From Epithemia pelagica (Eukaryota > Protista > Bacillariophyta): a stretch of 64,000 nt of DNA. Below, one piece after another: positions 32,465 to 43,268 of this stretch. The position numbers were made by a program, and so were the translations under genes. Each line of letters opens with the position of its first letter. Position 1 is the stretch's first letter. The notes beneath the pieces were generated by a model. It did not search any database. It saw nothing but the letters and a program-made list of their open reading frames with translations, and had not been told where the DNA came from. Location of the stretch: assembly GCA_946965045.2 (NCBI GenBank), contig OX337228.1:248001-312000 (forward strand), in the 5' to 3' direction.

Positions 32465-34486
32465 TCAAGAGTGAGAAATATTCTTTGGCATCAAAATGGC
32501 CATTTGCTTGTCGACAATGGCTTGCAACTTCTTATGCGTGGTTTCCTCTCGATGCTCTTCGAGTGATCCCAAGTCACTCAGAAATAATTCGCCTTTGGAA
32601 TCTACGAGCACGTGTCGCCAGCGAATGTCGTCATTTTTATACCGATAGCCTTGTGTGGCAAATCGATACAATTCTTGTTTCACCTTTGTTTTGAATGAAT
32701 CGCGACGCTTGACCTGCTTTCCATAGGGCATCACCAAACAAGGGCGTCCGCCCAGATCCACCGCATTGACATCAGGAAATCGATCCTTGTAGAGCTCTCC
32801 CCAACGGACAGCCTCCCCGTCTGCCATTTCTCGAAGTTTCTCAACCGTCCTGTTTTCCTCCTCTTCCCTTGCCGATTCGGTGGATTTTTGGGAAGGCTCA
32901 ACATGAAAACACTTCAATGCGCAAACCCGGCAACTGGAATTGCAGGCAAGAATCACCGATGCATGGCTTCCAACTCCCAGTTCACCCAAGAGGTAGAATA
33001 TCTGCGACGAAGGAGGCGGAAATTGCATGCAATCGGCAGAGAACGGTTTCGTCGTATTCTTAATGCAGGAAGGTGTCTGGACCCAATCGTAGAAGTTCTT
33101 GCCAACCTTACAAACAACCCTTTTTCCGAGATACTCACCATGGTCAATGTCTGGGATATCGGTAGCAACGTTGGACTGAACTTTTTGGAAAGCCATTTCA
33201 ATGGCTTGAAGAAGAAAAGGAAAGACATATCCATTCTCAAATACTTGTGAGTAATAAACAACTGGGTCCACCTGTTTTTCTTTGTAAGCCTCCTTCTTAG
33301 TGTCATCGGCGTCTTTCAAGAACTTCGAGGCAGAAAAGGTCTCGCGAATTGGGCTAAAGGTCTGGTCTTTGCAATTTTCAGGAACTTTCTGCATTCTGGG
33401 AGGCGGCTTTTTGTTCGTAGAAAGTGTTGTCTTTACTTTTTCCAGAATCTCCTTATGCGCACTGTCATTGTCAAAACTCTCCAATGAAGCAAGAACCATC
33501 TTGTTGTACGTCATGACTGCCCCAAGGGGTTGCTGGATGCCTGTGCTTCTCATTGCCAGCAAGTACGACCAGATCTGACCGGCCGTGTTCTCGGATGTAA
33601 AGACCTTATCGTTGTGGTTTCCATCTCGCGCATCCGGACTCTTCACTTCAACGGCAAATAGTATCTTTCCCTTGATTCGGAGCACAACAACAATGTCCGG
33701 TTTCATCAAAAAAATTGAAATCTCCGTGTTCACACGAGCCTCAGCCAGGTTTAAACAGCCGAGAGCATCTTCAACCATGCTCACACACAACCGTTGAACC
33801 CCGAATTCGTTGGAGTAATCGAAATTATCTCCTTGTCGATATCGAGATCTTGAGGCTCCCAAGACACTTGGAATCAGTTTATTGTCGGCATTGTCGGTAC
33901 AGACGGGAATGCGAACGTGAGATGGATGCACATAGTGTCCATTATGGACCAAAATCTTGGCCTTTGGTATTTTAAGATACCCATCGACACTTTCTCGTTT
34001 TTTCTTGTCATAATAATTTATTTTTCGGGAGTTTCCCGAGACACTGGGTGTCACGTTCTTGTTCAAGGTCAGACCAGGAAGCCTAAAGTTTTTCTTCGTA
34101 TCAAGGTACGTTTGCTCGATGGACGTTTGACGAAGGTCTTCGGTTGCTGCCAATTCCTTATCTTTTTCTGCAATTGTCACTTCCAGTTGCAAGTTTCTTT
34201 GAATTATTTCATCGTTTCTTTGCATTATTTCATCGTTTCTTTGCATTATTTCATCGTTTCTTCGAATTATTTGATCCATTTTCATTGTCTCGCGCAATGT
34301 ATATATCTTCAAACGTAGATTTTCTACTTCGTCAAGGACGCCACGAATCTCACTAGTGAGCAACCCCCGTGTCTCTGCCGCGCTCCAAAGCTCTTGATAC
34401 AGTTTCCGTTTCTTTGCCATCTCCTCCGCCTCGCCGTCGCTTGGGTAGTCTTTTTGCACGCGCTTTGCCCCATTTGTTTCGCTCAT
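32465..34486 (-). CDS. Coiled-coil + PD-(D/E)xK nuclease + kinase-like protein, copy 3 (673 aa, intact, SDLG)
   Basis: Same motifs as copy 1; open frame from ATG 34486; retains Asp at the DFG-equivalent position. Confidence 0.82.
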   Translation of the reverse strand: MSETNGAKRVQKDYPSDGEAEEMAKKRKLYQELWSAAETRGLLTSEIRGVLDEVENLRLKIYTLRETMKMDQIIRRNDEIMQRNDEIMQRNDEIIQRNLQLEVTIAEKDKELAATEDLRQTSIEQTYLDTKKNFRLPGLTLNKNVTPSVSGNSRKINYYDKKKRESVDGYLKIPKAKILVHNGHYVHPSHVRIPVCTDNADNKLIPSVLGASRSRYRQGDNFDYSNEFGVQRLCVSMVEDALGCLNLAEARVNTEISIFLMKPDIVVVLRIKGKILFAVEVKSPDARDGNHNDKVFTSENTAGQIWSYLLAMRSTGIQQPLGAVMTYNKMVLASLESFDNDSAHKEILEKVKTTLSTNKKPPPRMQKVPENCKDQTFSPIRETFSASKFLKDADDTKKEAYKEKQVDPVVYYSQVFENGYVFPFLLQAIEMAFQKVQSNVATDIPDIDHGEYLGKRVVCKVGKNFYDWVQTPSCIKNTTKPFSADCMQFPPPSSQIFYLLGELGVGSHASVILACNSSCRVCALKCFHVEPSQKSTESAREEEENRTVEKLREMADGEAVRWGELYKDRFPDVNAVDLGGRPCLVMPYGKQVKRRDSFKTKVKQELYRFATQGYRYKNDDIRWRHVLVDSKGELFLSDLGSLEEHREETTHKKLQAIVDKQMAILMPKNISHS

Positions 34487-35422
34487 AATGGTAGTTGTTC
34501 TTGTGCGAGTCGGATCGCAAGGCTCAACCTCCAACGTTTGCTGCTGCGGAGAAGAAGGTTGATGATGTGATAATTCTCTTCTGTACAAACACACGCACAC
34601 ACACACCACACACACATTTAGTGGGGTGGAGGCATCAGGCCAATGCTTACAAGCTGCCAATCCAATCTGGAGCGCCAATTGGCTAGAAAGGGGATGAGCT
34701 GCCGCGCCTACCCGCTAGCTAGGGTACGGTCGACCGACTGCCCTGGCTCGGAATAGAAGTTACTCCGTATAACCTTACCAATCCAAAACAAGAACCCGCG
34801 CTGCCCCCCCCAAGACCCCCACCACTCCCCCCAAATGTACTTCGTACTAAATCTGTTTGAAAGAAAGACATGCCGTTTACTCTCATTAGAGTTAGGGGGA
34901 CCGTTGTAGTCGAACGCCGGCCTGCCTAATTCGAAACTCTACAGGCATATCTCTATTGTACACTTTTTTAGACGGATTGGGGACAGCCAATCCTGGATTG
35001 GCTGAATCCGGAAAGCCAAATACCCGGATGTGTGACGTAAAGATGACGTTCTATGATGACGCGTAACGCTCACGGATTGGAGTAAGCAATGGCCTCAGTC
35101 TCTCCGTATTGTGGATAGTATTGTAGTTTGTAGAGTGGTGAAGAAAAGGGGGAGGGCAGAAGTTTGGGGCAATTGGGGTGAAGAATCGATTTAGCAGCGA
35201 AACAGGCCGCCTTCCGTTTCGCGGCTCCAATGGCAACCATGCACCCGAAAGTCCTTTGCAGCGAACCAGTGAATGTGGAGCATTCTCCGGGTCCCCAAAA
35301 GCGCCAAAAGCGCCAGAAGCGTGGCTTACAATTGTCTTCCACAATGACGGGTGGGTCATCCAAGCAGCAGGACACCACCCACACAAGCCTACCGTTGATC
35401 ACCGACCAAGACAGGAGTCGAA

Positions 35423-37639
35423 ATGAGTCCCCAAAAGTACGAGAATAAAGACCAGATGGTTCTTGAATCTTTGAAGCAAAATCTTGAATATTTGAAGAAA
35501 AAAGGAATGCACAATGCTGTGGCCCAAGTCATGAATACTATAGCGGCGGAATCCAAAGAATCATCGCAGAAGGAAATAGATGAGAAGGAATCGCATAGTC
35601 CGGGCGAAACGAATGCCCGAGAGCGATTTCTCCAAGAGGATGACGACAAGGCTCGAGCTGAATGGGGTATACCGGATACGGAGAACCTGCAGCGACGGTT
35701 CCACTCGCTTCCACCACCTACGGAGCCGCAGCAATGGATTGGTCGATCTTCGGCCGAACGAGTCGTCAGTGAAGTTGTGTTGCAAAATTTCCATCAACGA
35801 TTATCGACGAATCATGCCGATTTCACATTCCTGGTCGCCTCGGGGCATGTCCGGAGTGGGAAGACTCGCACCGGAATGGAAACACCCCGAATCGTCCAGA
35901 ATTTTTGCGAGGCAGAGCTCACTCGCAAAAATGTAAACACTGCAAAGCCAGTCTACCTCCGAATTGATTTCCTCAATGGTGCTCGATTTAATAGGCAGTT
36001 TGACTCCCCTTCTCGGTCCATCAGCGAGGCACTCGGGGCTCGTCTCATTTCGGCCTTTTATGAAAAAATCGCGTTGCAGAACGGTGTGACTCACGATGTT
36101 GCGCTCCAGCACATTGTCACGCACATTAGAAATACTCACCCAGATCGTAATTTGATTGTCCCGATTGTGATCCACTTTGATGAGCATGGGGCTTTTATTG
36201 ACGACATGAACAAGGTTGTCTCGAATCGCGGTCAACCTGGAAAGGACTATTTTCTTGGTATGCTCCAGTTGATTGGATCTGCCGCAACAACAAATGAAGG
36301 ATATCTCTCTGCCTATCACAAAATGGGTGCCTATTTTCTTGTTCCGATTACGACAGGAACCTCTCATTCGGCTGCAAATTTTGATAGAGCGAGCCGCTAC
36401 AAGATTTGGCCAGTCCCCCTACCTGTATTGACATTTGACGAATCCCTGTTGTTGGCAGAATCTTGTTTGGAAGTGACGGGCCTGGAGCCTGACGAGATTT
36501 GTACCACGTTGAACGACGCCATGTTCCGAATCGCGTTGGGTGACACGGGTGGGCTTCCGGGCCTCGTTTTCTTCTTATCGACTAGGAAGCTACGAGACCT
36601 ATCATACGTGGAGCACCTACACAATCGAACCAAGTCTTACATTGCCGGAAATTGGAATCATCGGTGGGCAGCTATAACCTCAGTCTGCTTGGCACGACCG
36701 CGCGTGACAAATACAACGGTCCTCATGACAGAATACAAGCACCCAACTTTAGCAAGCGTCTTGTACGGCACGAGAGATGATTTTCTAAAAGTGCATCCAA
36801 GTTTAAATCCTGACATGGCTGCGATTGCCTACACTGTTCAAGACGCTTTGGATGGAGGGACAGTATTTTGGCAAGCGGATGGAGAAATCGGCCTAGCACC
36901 AGCTCTTCTTTCCAAATTCAATGGCGGAGAAGGAATGTTCAACCCAATCCTCACTCGACAAATATCGTCGTCACAAGAATGGACATGGCAATATTTTGAG
37001 TCGGCCCATTTGCTCTACCTTGCCGCGATCATGGCCGCTCTTGTCAAGGAAAGGAGACGTTTCAGCAACATTACGCTTGGAACGCTTCTTCGAAGTTCGA
37101 GTCCCCGTGAGTCCAGTATCCTCTCTGAAGCGTTGCAGCTACCAGCAAAATTTGATGGCGGAAAATTCACAAGGGACGCAACGCAATGCATCCCAAGAAT
37201 GAATGCAAAGAAAGGAAGCCAAATTAAGGTTTCTCTCGACGATTTCGAAACTGTACATCTGGCCATGGAAGGGACACCAATTGTCGACGGCTACCTTAAT
37301 TTACGTCTTGGGGCAGCGTCATCATCGGACATTGCCACCAAGACATTGTTTATTCAATACAAGCACAGCGGACTTGAGAGTCAATCATCCGCCGTACATA
37401 TTTCACATATGAATCACGAAGTCAACAAGCTGGCTGTCCGTCTGAATAAACATGGATGGCCGCAGGACCGAGGGTGGATCTTTCTGTGGGTCACAAACCG
37501 GGATGTTGTACAAGACTGTGTTCCAGATCAACGTCTTCTTTGGGTGGACAAGACCTCGCTCTCGAAACATGCCCCTTTGCTAGGAACTCGAGGCTTGGTG
37601 CCCTTGGAACAGCTACGGGAGGTGGATCACAAGGAATGA
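35423..37639 (+). CDS. P-loop NTPase + PD-(D/E)xK-like nuclease, copy 3 (738 aa, intact)
   Basis: Same motifs as 28698-30890, with a variant segment PAKFDGGKFTRDATQCIPRMN. Confidence 0.8.
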   Translation: MSPQKYENKDQMVLESLKQNLEYLKKKGMHNAVAQVMNTIAAESKESSQKEIDEKESHSPGETNARERFLQEDDDKARAEWGIPDTENLQRRFHSLPPPTEPQQWIGRSSAERVVSEVVLQNFHQRLSTNHADFTFLVASGHVRSGKTRTGMETPRIVQNFCEAELTRKNVNTAKPVYLRIDFLNGARFNRQFDSPSRSISEALGARLISAFYEKIALQNGVTHDVALQHIVTHIRNTHPDRNLIVPIVIHFDEHGAFIDDMNKVVSNRGQPGKDYFLGMLQLIGSAATTNEGYLSAYHKMGAYFLVPITTGTSHSAANFDRASRYKIWPVPLPVLTFDESLLLAESCLEVTGLEPDEICTTLNDAMFRIALGDTGGLPGLVFFLSTRKLRDLSYVEHLHNRTKSYIAGNWNHRWAAITSVCLARPRVTNTTVLMTEYKHPTLASVLYGTRDDFLKVHPSLNPDMAAIAYTVQDALDGGTVFWQADGEIGLAPALLSKFNGGEGMFNPILTRQISSSQEWTWQYFESAHLLYLAAIMAALVKERRRFSNITLGTLLRSSSPRESSILSEALQLPAKFDGGKFTRDATQCIPRMNAKKGSQIKVSLDDFETVHLAMEGTPIVDGYLNLRLGAASSSDIATKTLFIQYKHSGLESQSSAVHISHMNHEVNKLAVRLNKHGWPQDRGWIFLWVTNRDVVQDCVPDQRLLWVDKTSLSKHAPLLGTRGLVPLEQLREVDHKE

Positions 37640-37988
37640 AATCAATCGCTTGGAGATTAAATCTATCTGGTTTGGGTTTGTCCCGCAATGGAACCATTAT
37701 ATATACAATGGACATTGATAGCTTGAGCCAGGCGTTTGCGGATACTTGGAGCCGTGGAAAGTGGAACTATGGGAGAACGAGAGAGGCAAAGATTGGCAAG
37801 AGAGCACGGTGGCACTCGAAACGGTCTCGACGATAGATGCCAATGGAAAGGATCTTTATATAGAGTTCTATCCTATACTTCCAAGGACACAAGGAGGGAT
37901 GGACGACAGAGAGTGAGAAGGAATTGGGATTGTTCTAGTACCTGTTTTGGTTTTCTTGTGTTTGTTGCCTGGTGTGGTTTGTATTGTA

Positions 37989-38283
37989 TTAGGACGTGGC
38001 ACACGCACGACCACTAATACTCCCACTAATACTGGGACTGACTTGGCGAACCGAACATTGTCCCAACACGGGTGTCTGTGTCTGATGGTGATGATGATCA
38101 TGAGTGGTGGTTGTAGTCAAGGCGACGGTAGTTGTGGTCCTGGTCGTTGGTGTGGCACTCGCATCGTTGGGGGTGCTGTTGGTGGTTCCTCGTTCGCTTT
38201 CCGGTGGTGTGGTGGTGGCGGTGGAGGAGGAGGTACTCCTAGTATTAGTGCTAGGTGCATTGTCGGGACTCTTGTGGTGGGGG
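37989..38283 (-). pseudogene. Duplicated 3' end of the E2F/DEL gene
   Basis: 37640-38283 matches 50248-50888, including the E2F stop codon and C-terminal codons. It ends abruptly at the MITE terminus. Confidence 0.9.
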
Positions 38284-38284
38284 A

Positions 38285-38456
38285 AGAGGGATACAGAGGG
38301 GTATTACCCCCATTAAATGGGGGAGAGGAAACATGACCGTCCATCGAGCCAGCCAATCGTCCGTGGGCGCGCACAACGGACCGTTTGCTGGTCTGTCCGC
38401 TCTTTTACATCCATCGAGAGCGTAGATGCAAAAGTTACTCCTAAGTGTATCCCTCT
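38285..38456. mobile_element. MITE-like element, copy 4
   Basis: Same 11-bp TIRs. Confidence 0.65.
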
Positions 38457-39431
38457 AATTTATTCAGTTTCGCCGCGCCTATTGCAACCATGCCACCAAG
38501 AAGGGCGTAGGAGAGGTCAGAGAAAAAGGGGTAGGAAGAAAAGATTCCAGGGAAGGCGAAAGCAGAAAGCCGTTGGTAGTAGAGCGGCGAAGAACAGGGG
38601 GAGGGAGGAAACTTTCGGGGCAGTGGGTGAAAAAGAAAGAGATCGATAGAGAAGATCAAAGCTGTACTCCTACTGGGTAGGAGTAGAAAGTAGGAAGGCA
38701 TTCGTAAGGTTAGTATATGTAGTGTGCATGATGAAGGAAACACTACGTAAATTGTACAGCTACCTACTCCAAATTACTCCTAGGAGTACCTTGTAGAGTT
38801 GCTCATTTTTTCTGTCTAAGCTATCATTAATAAAGTCCACATAGGCAGCACTTCGTATCCCAAGTCGCACGCATGCACCACTTTCATGCCGTCGCGACCA
38901 TCTCAGAAACCCAAAAACTCACTATAAGCCAAACAGTGGAAAGAGTTTTTGGTTAAATAACAGGGTCGTTTGGCATCAAATTTCACTCTTGAGCATCTCT
39001 TCTCCATTGGAAGCCCAAAACGGAGTCCATATCATGTATGTAACTCTGATGTAAGTATGCAAAAACTTTCTTCTATGTATCCAAATTGGATCCCCGACCT
39101 TGCATCAGAGTTACAATATTGTTTTTCATGCCCGTAAGTCCAACTGAAACTGCCTCCAAATTATGAGGAAAAAACCCATGTCACGCTCGGCTTCCGTCCG
39201 AGATGGCATACTCACAATATTAATATTTCTACGTCTACGAATGTAGTATTACACAGTAGTTGCATGTTAATCGACAATTCCAAACTCTCCCTTCGACTCA
39301 ATGAGATTGGGCCTCTCTCATCTTTTACAAGACGTCTCTTTATTTTGTAATGACCCGATTGACACATCCATCCAATCAATCGTCCCACTTTATCATAACG
39401 AGCCTCACGGTTTGATTGTGTCGACAGAGCC

Positions 39432-42400
39432 ATGAGAACTCGATCTCAAGCCACGACGAAACTAGGGGAAGAACCAGCAGCCACTCCAACAGAACCTGAG
39501 ACCCCTCCACCTCCTCTTCGCCGCTCCTCCCGAATTGCTAAAGACCCTCCACCTCCCAAGGAACCTCCAGTCCCTTGCAAGGAACCTCCAACCCCTTCCG
39601 AAGATCCTCCAGCACCTCCCAAAGAGCGTCCTGTCCCTCCCAAGGACCTCCCGCCCCTTCACACCCTCTTTGCCGATCGTCCCGAATTGCTGAAGACTTA
39701 CCACCATCTCCCAATCTTCAAACTCGAGCCACGCGCCTGAACAAAGGCACGACGGTATCCAATAGTTATGTCGAAAGGGAAAGGATTGCCAAGATTCGTA
39801 AGCAATTCAAACACCACTACAAGAAGCCGTGCTCCGTTTTTGGTCTCGAAAGAGAGGCCCGTTATCGCGGTGGTTTTTTTTTTCTGTCTAAATTGCGAAT
39901 ATGCGGATAACAAGGAGCGTGCCCAACCACAACTCAAGGTCAATAGGTTCTCTGGTCTTTTTGGATGTGTTGCCGAGCACAAGAATGACATTTATCCAAC
40001 CGACCGAATGGTGGATTAGAAAAAAAAGGAGACTCAAGAAACTTGCAGAACAACAGCGACAGAAAAAAGCCAAAGCCGACAAGGAAGCGCAACAAGAGAT
40101 TTGTTCTCTTCCAAATTCGGATTCCTTGGAACCAGAATCCAAGGAATCAACACATGATCTCTCCACCGAACCTTCTCACTCCAATGAAGCACCACCATGT
40201 AACCCACTTCAAGACATCAAACCTGACGAATCCAGCAAACCCCCTTCACAAAAGTCCATTACGATGACAGTTCATACCAATGAACCAAATCTCACATGGA
40301 CTCAACCTGAAGTAGCGAATTTCCCCTCTCAGTCCACGAAGCATCCTCCCAATCCTCATGAAGACCAGGAATTTGCCAGTAGCCCGAAGAAACCCCCTCC
40401 TGTCCCAACCACCGATGCTCCATCCACCCAGACACTCATTCCACCCCCGGACGACGACGGCGAAGAGTCTGACCGTATACCTGAAGACGACGGCTTCGAA
40501 GACACAATAGATAAGTCTATAACCCCCCGTAGTAGAAACCACCCTTCTGTGGATCTCAATCGCGGACTGACGATTCCGGAGATCCTTGATCGCTCTGACG
40601 CAACTTCTGAAGCGGCCACAACATCAAGGGAAGAAACAGAAGAAGAGAAGAAACAGTACACTGTTTCGTTGGTTAATGGACTATTGATGCAAGTCGAGTC
40701 GCTTAAAAAGAAGCTTTCGAAAGAAGGACAAAAAAACGCAACTCTCAAGCGTCGTCTTTCGGAGCAGCGGGCAAAAAACAAGTCGAGACTGGATCGTATC
40801 TACTATCTCCAGAAAAAGATAGAAAAATCTGGTCCAGAGGGGATGGCTTCGCTTCCTTTGACTTGTTCCAAAGAAGAAAATGCCGAGATGATTGTCCGAC
40901 ACATCAAGGAAGTCATTCAATCTTCCGTGAAGAATCATCAAGTTGGTAGCCAACGGTCCCATAAGTTTTTTCGAATGCTAACCAATATGCTCATGAGCGA
41001 CAACTTACATGGAACGCAAGTGCGTGACATCATTGTTAAGGCAGTTTCAAACTACCTTTGTCAAACTTGTTTCTCACCATTCCGTTTTCTTCGCGAAATG
41101 GATACAACCGGTGGCGTTCTGAGTCTGTCGGGTCTGGAAATTTTGCGGAAGTGTGAGTCCGATGGGAGGAAGGGAGCCCATACAATGATCCCCAGTTCGG
41201 CTGCCATGAAAAAAGCCCAACAAGAAATAGAACGGTTTGCCGACACAATAGTTCCCTTCCATACCATTCGCAATACGAAAGACGGGTCGGAAGGTTTCAT
41301 CTTTCGTGGGGCAGATAGTATGAAAGGTGTTCTGAGATCCAATAACGCATTGGAGGGCGAAGCGAAAGAAAGAGAACATACAGTCGCTTCTACTATGGAT
41401 GGTGCCAGTCTTACAAAGTCATTGGACCATACACTGGGTGGATTCAAGTACAATGACATCTCCAATCCACTTCAACGGTCCCAGGCCGCTTGTGTCCCAA
41501 CCTGTTGTGTAATTGGTCGGAAAAAGAAAAAACACTGTACGCGATTATTCTCTAGAATGTTGAAAGAGAATAAGGAAGCCGCCGAGACAGTACTCCCGAA
41601 AGCTTTCGGAATAAAAAAAGTGTACAATCCCCTCAAAGCCGACATGTCGTGTGATTTCAAAGTTTCAGACAAGGGAGGTGCGGTCAAGGTTGCGAAATTT
41701 CCATGTGCTAAGTGTCACATTTCAAGCGACAACTTAACAAAGGGCCTAGAATCGCCGGACGAATGCAAATGGTGTGATCACTGGGACTATACATCCACTG
41801 AAGATGGGTGGATGTGTCGCCACTTTCCTATTTGCACGGATGACTGCGTGCAAGTCCGTCAAGAAGAAATGAAAAAATTCGAGAAGGACATGCCCCAGAT
41901 CAAGGACAAGATTAAAGAGATATGGGGCCAGTCGAAGATTGCAATGAACAAGACAATGGACCCGAGAATGCCAGTGGACGAGATTCAGCTGACCACCGTA
42001 ACTTCAATTCACTTCGATGTTACGAAAGCATCAGCAACTCTACAAAAGAGGTATTCTTCTTGGCTCAACAAGGATTTGGGTTTACGGAATCTGTCACTAG
42101 ACGGCAATGTGTTGGAGTGGCAGGATCGTTTACGACGCCAACTTATTTCGGAGTGGCAGTATGTTGATTGCACGGATTGTATCCGATTGTTCGGAGAAGG
42201 GAAGGTCAGCACGGCACTGGTTATGGTGATGGATTCTATTCCGTGCATTCTCCACATGGATATGCGAATGGGACAGAAGATTTTGACCATGTGCTTCCGC
42301 ACTGGGCTTATGAATGCCAAAAACAATCTACTTCCTTGGATCACTCGGTCCAACCGTTCGTCTGTCGAAAAAAATGCAAGTCCTTCCTTCGAGGAATCGA

Positions 42401-43268
42401 GCAATGTATCAATTCTGAGATACTTGGAACTGGAAATCTCGCGTTCCAATTCCAGATTCCGTTTGAAGATACAACAAAGACCATCGGTGTGGTTCAGATG
42501 AGCAATGTCCAGATACGTCGTATGATTGCCGACATCGAGAAACTTGTGGACAAGTGCATTGTCGATGAGGATGACGTATTCTTATGGAAGAGGGCCATGC
42601 AACACTACTCAGCCTCGTTCCAACTGCTGAGAATCAGGGAACCAATGACGAACAACCAAATATTTGAGTACCAAAAACATGCGGATCTGTTCTATCGTGA
42701 TTGGATTGAGTTATATGGGGACGATGGAATTACAAATTACGCACACTACATTGGTAGTGGGCATATCGGGGAATATCTCTTACACTGGCGCAACCTCACG
42801 AACCATTCCCAGCAAGGCTGGGAAGCGTTCAACTCCGCGTTTAAGAGCTTCTATTTCAATAGAACCCAAGGCGGAGGAGCAGTGAACAGAGGGCAAGGGG
42901 CTCGATCAAGGTTACGTCCCATGGTGCGATGGATCCAACGCCACATGGTTTTCATGCTGGGCTATGACCTGGAAACCATGCGAGCTGAAATGGATGCCAG
43001 GACGCCAGAGGAGGAAGAAAAGTTCAAAACTTGGGTGAGAGACAACGGTGGAACGATCGAATTTGGGCAGCTAGTTCGACACAACAAGACAGCCAATGAC
43101 AAATCCAAGGATGAAGAAGATGAAGATGAGGATGGGGTAAAGGAATATGAGTTCGACTGGGATGTGGGAGTGGAGATTCTCTATGATCCTCGCTTGGATG
43201 ATTCAAATGATCTCGATGCAGACTCAGAAGACTCGACAACTACTGAGGAAGAGTACGAATCAGAGTAG
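39432..43268 (+). pseudogene. RAG1/Transib-like (CCHH-type) DDE transposase, disrupted
   Basis: STMDG (41398), KADMS (41641), CAKC (41704-41715), PCILHMD (42253), GITNYAH..GH (42729-42764), SQQGWEAFN (E at 42822). Inferred lesions: TGA at 39738, ACCG duplication at 39999-40006, A7 run at 42368-42374. Confidence 0.7.

Larger units (their letters stand above)
3496..37675. repeat. Tandem array of three ~6.74-kb units: 3496-17979, 17980-30931, 30932-37675
   Basis: Constant offset of 6736 between homologous ORFs (25729/32465, 24325/31061). Unit 2 minus its 6211-bp retroelement and 5-bp TSD is 6736 bp. The same junction (GGTTTG-CTCCCC-ACTGAGATTG) occurs at 17974-17980 and 30926-30932. Confidence 0.95.

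Noticed and set aside
38741-38752. CACTACGTAAAT as a CACTA/Transib-type left TIR
   Set aside because: No reverse-complement partner found by eye between 44964 and 47300.
42361-42380. Programmed -1 frameshift at A-AAA-AAT
   Set aside because: It fits the slippery pattern, but a homopolymer deletion or sequencing error is simpler, given two other lesions in the same gene.
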